Positions 56,601 through 59,600 of a DNA stretch of 61,093 nt are shown here, in pieces. The DNA is from Candidatus Omnitrophota bacterium (GTDB taxonomy: Bacteria; Omnitrophota; Gorgyraeia; Gygaellales; Profunditerraquicolaceae). Below the pieces are notes generated by a model that saw only the letters and a list, made by a program, of their open reading frames with translations, did not search any database and was not told the origin of the DNA. Both the position numbers and the translations under genes were made by a program. The DNA is taken from assembly GCA_016867115.1 (NCBI GenBank), contig VGKG01000006.1, forward strand, positions 1-61,093, given 5' to 3'. The stretch's first letter is position 1; each line of letters opens with the position of its first letter.

Positions 56601-59600
56601 CCTGGTGGATGCCTCAAGCTCGGTGCACGAGGTCCTGGAGGATGTCTTTAGCGGAAACTCCCTTAATCTAAACGACCTTAACCTGACTACTTATCAGGTC
56701 CTGATTGATAATGTCCTTTACGCCAGGGATATCAATGATGCTAATGAGAACGGCCAGCAGGAGTACTGGTCCTTCAATGAAGGAGCAAAGACCTTCAACC
56801 TTTCCCTGTTCATCCGGATCCTGGAAGCGACCTACCAGCTCAAGCACCTTAGCGCCGGCTCAGTAGCGGTGTTAGAGGATGTCTACAGCCAGCAGAACCT
56901 CAACCTCGATGACCTGAATCCTACCACCTTCCAGACGGTGATCGACGATATCCTCTTTGCCAAGGACGTGCATGACGCCAACCAGAACGGCATAAATGAG
57001 TTCTGGTATTACAACGAAGCTACCCAGACTTTCAGCCTGACTATCTTAAGCAATACCTTAAGCACTGTCGCAACGATGAAGGGCTGGTCTGACGCCCGTA
57101 AATCCGTGATCCAGGATGTCTGGGGCGTGGACCTGAACGACTTAAATGAGACGACCTTTACCACCCTGCTGGATAAAGTCCTTTACGCCAAGGATACTAA
57201 CGACGCAAACCAGAACGGCCAGCAGGAGTTCTGGTATTACAACGAAGGGTCCCAGACCTTTAATGTCACCCTCTTGGGCAATACCCTGGATACAGTCTCG
57301 TTGATGAAGGGCTGGTCTGATGCCCGTAAGGCTGCGGTGCTGGATATCTGGGGCATTGACTTAAATAACCTTAGCGAGAGCTCCTTTACCGACCTCCTGA
57401 ATGATGTGCTCTATGCCAAGGATACTAACGACGCCAACCAGAACGGCCAGCAGGAGTTCTGGTATTACAACGAAGGGTCCCAGACCTTTGACGTGACCCT
57501 ACTCGGAAATACCCTGGATGCCGTGGCTGTAATGCAGGCCTGGTCAGATACCCGTAAAGAGCTGGTCTCAGACATCTGGGGTATTGACCTGGATAACCTT
57601 ACCGAAGACTCATTTACTGACCTATTGGATGATGTCCTTTATGCCAAGGATGTAAACGATGTGAACCAGAACGGCCAGCAGGAGTTCTGGTATTTTAACA
57701 GCGCGACCCGATCCTTTAATGTCACACTCCTCGGCAATACCCTGGATGCCGTGGCCACCATGCAGGGCTGGGCCAGCGCGATCAAGGCCCTGGTCCTGGA
57801 TATCTGGGGCATTGACTTAGACGATCTGGATGAGGACTCCTTTACCAACCTGCTGGACGATATCCTCTATGCCAGGGATGTTGATGACGCAGACCAGGAC
57901 GGCCAGCAGCAGTTCTGGTATTACAATGAAGCTACCTCAACCTTTAATGTCACTCTCTTAGGCAATACTTTAAGCGCCATCTCCACTATGCAGAACTGGT
58001 CAGCTAACCGCAAGGCCCTGGTCCTGGATATCTGGGGTATTGACCTGGATGATCTGGATGAGACAAGCTTTACTGACATCCTGAATGACATTCTCTATGC
58101 TAAGGATGTGGATGATGTGAACCAGAACGGACAGACCGAGTTCTGGTATTTTAACGCAGCCACCTCAACCTTCAATGTCACGCTGCTCGGCAATACCCTC
58201 GACGCCGTCTACACCATGACCCAGTGGGATAATAACCGTAAGGCCTTAGTCTTAGACATCTGGGGCATTGATCTTGACGACATCACAGAGGAAACCTTTA
58301 CCGACATCTTAAACGACATCCTTTACTCCAAGGATGTGGATGATGTGAATCAGAACGGCCAGAATGAGTTCTGGTATTTTAACGCAGCCACCTCAACCTT
58401 CAATGTCACGCTGCTTGGCAATACCCTTGACGCTATTTACACCATGACCCAGTGGAATGATAACAGGAAGAACCTGGTCCTGGATATCTGGGGTATTGAC
58501 CTGGATGATATTACTGAAGATACCTTTACGGATATTTTAGACGACATCCTTTACTCCAAGGATGTGGATGATGTGAATCAGAACGGAGAGCAGGAGTTCT
58601 GGTATTTTAACGCAGCTACCTCAACCTTTAATGTCACCCTCTTAGGCAATACCCTCGACGCCGTCTACACCATGACCCAGTGGAACGATAACCGCAAGAA
58701 CCTGGTCCTGGACATCTGGGGTATTGACTTAGATGACCTTACCGAAGCCACATTCACCGATATCTTAAACGATATCCTTTACTCCAAGGACGTGGATGAT
58801 GTGAATCAGAACGGACAGACCGAGTTCTGGTATTATGATTCCGCCACCTCAACCTTCAATGTCACGCTGCTCGGCAATACCCTCGACGCCGTCTACACCA
58901 TGACCCAGTGGAACGATAACCGCAAGGCCCTGGTCCTGGATATCTGGGGAGTAGACTTAGACGACCTGAATGAGGCTTCCTTCACAGACCTATTGAATGA
59001 TGTGCTCTATGCCAGGGACGTCGATGATGTGAATCAGAACGGAGAGCAGGAGTTCTGGTATTATGACGCAGCTACCCAATCCTTTGACCTGACTATCCTG
59101 GGTAATACCTTAGATGCGGTTTATACCCTTACTCAGCAGTGGTCTGATACCCGTAAATATATGCTCGAAGACATCTGGGGCATTGACCTGGATGACCTGA
59201 ATGAGAATAGCTTCAAGGACCTCCTGGACATCTTCTACTCCAAGGACGTCGATGACGTAGACCAGGACGGCCAGCAGCAGTTCTGGTTCTATGACCCGGC
59301 GACCCAGACCTTTGACCTGACGCGCCTCGGTAATACCCTGGATGCGGTTTACACCTTAAGCCAGCAGTGGTCAACGACGCGTAAGGCCATGATGCTGGAC
59401 ATCTGGGGCATTGACTTAGATGACCTGAATGAGGATAGCTTTAACGAGCTCTTAGAGGTACTCTATGCCAAGGATGTCAACGACATTGATCAGGACGGCC
59501 AGCAGCAGTTCTGGTATTACAACGAAGCTACCCAGACCTTTGACCTGACGCGCCTGGGCAACACCCTGGATGCAGTCTACACCATCACCCAGCAGTGGCC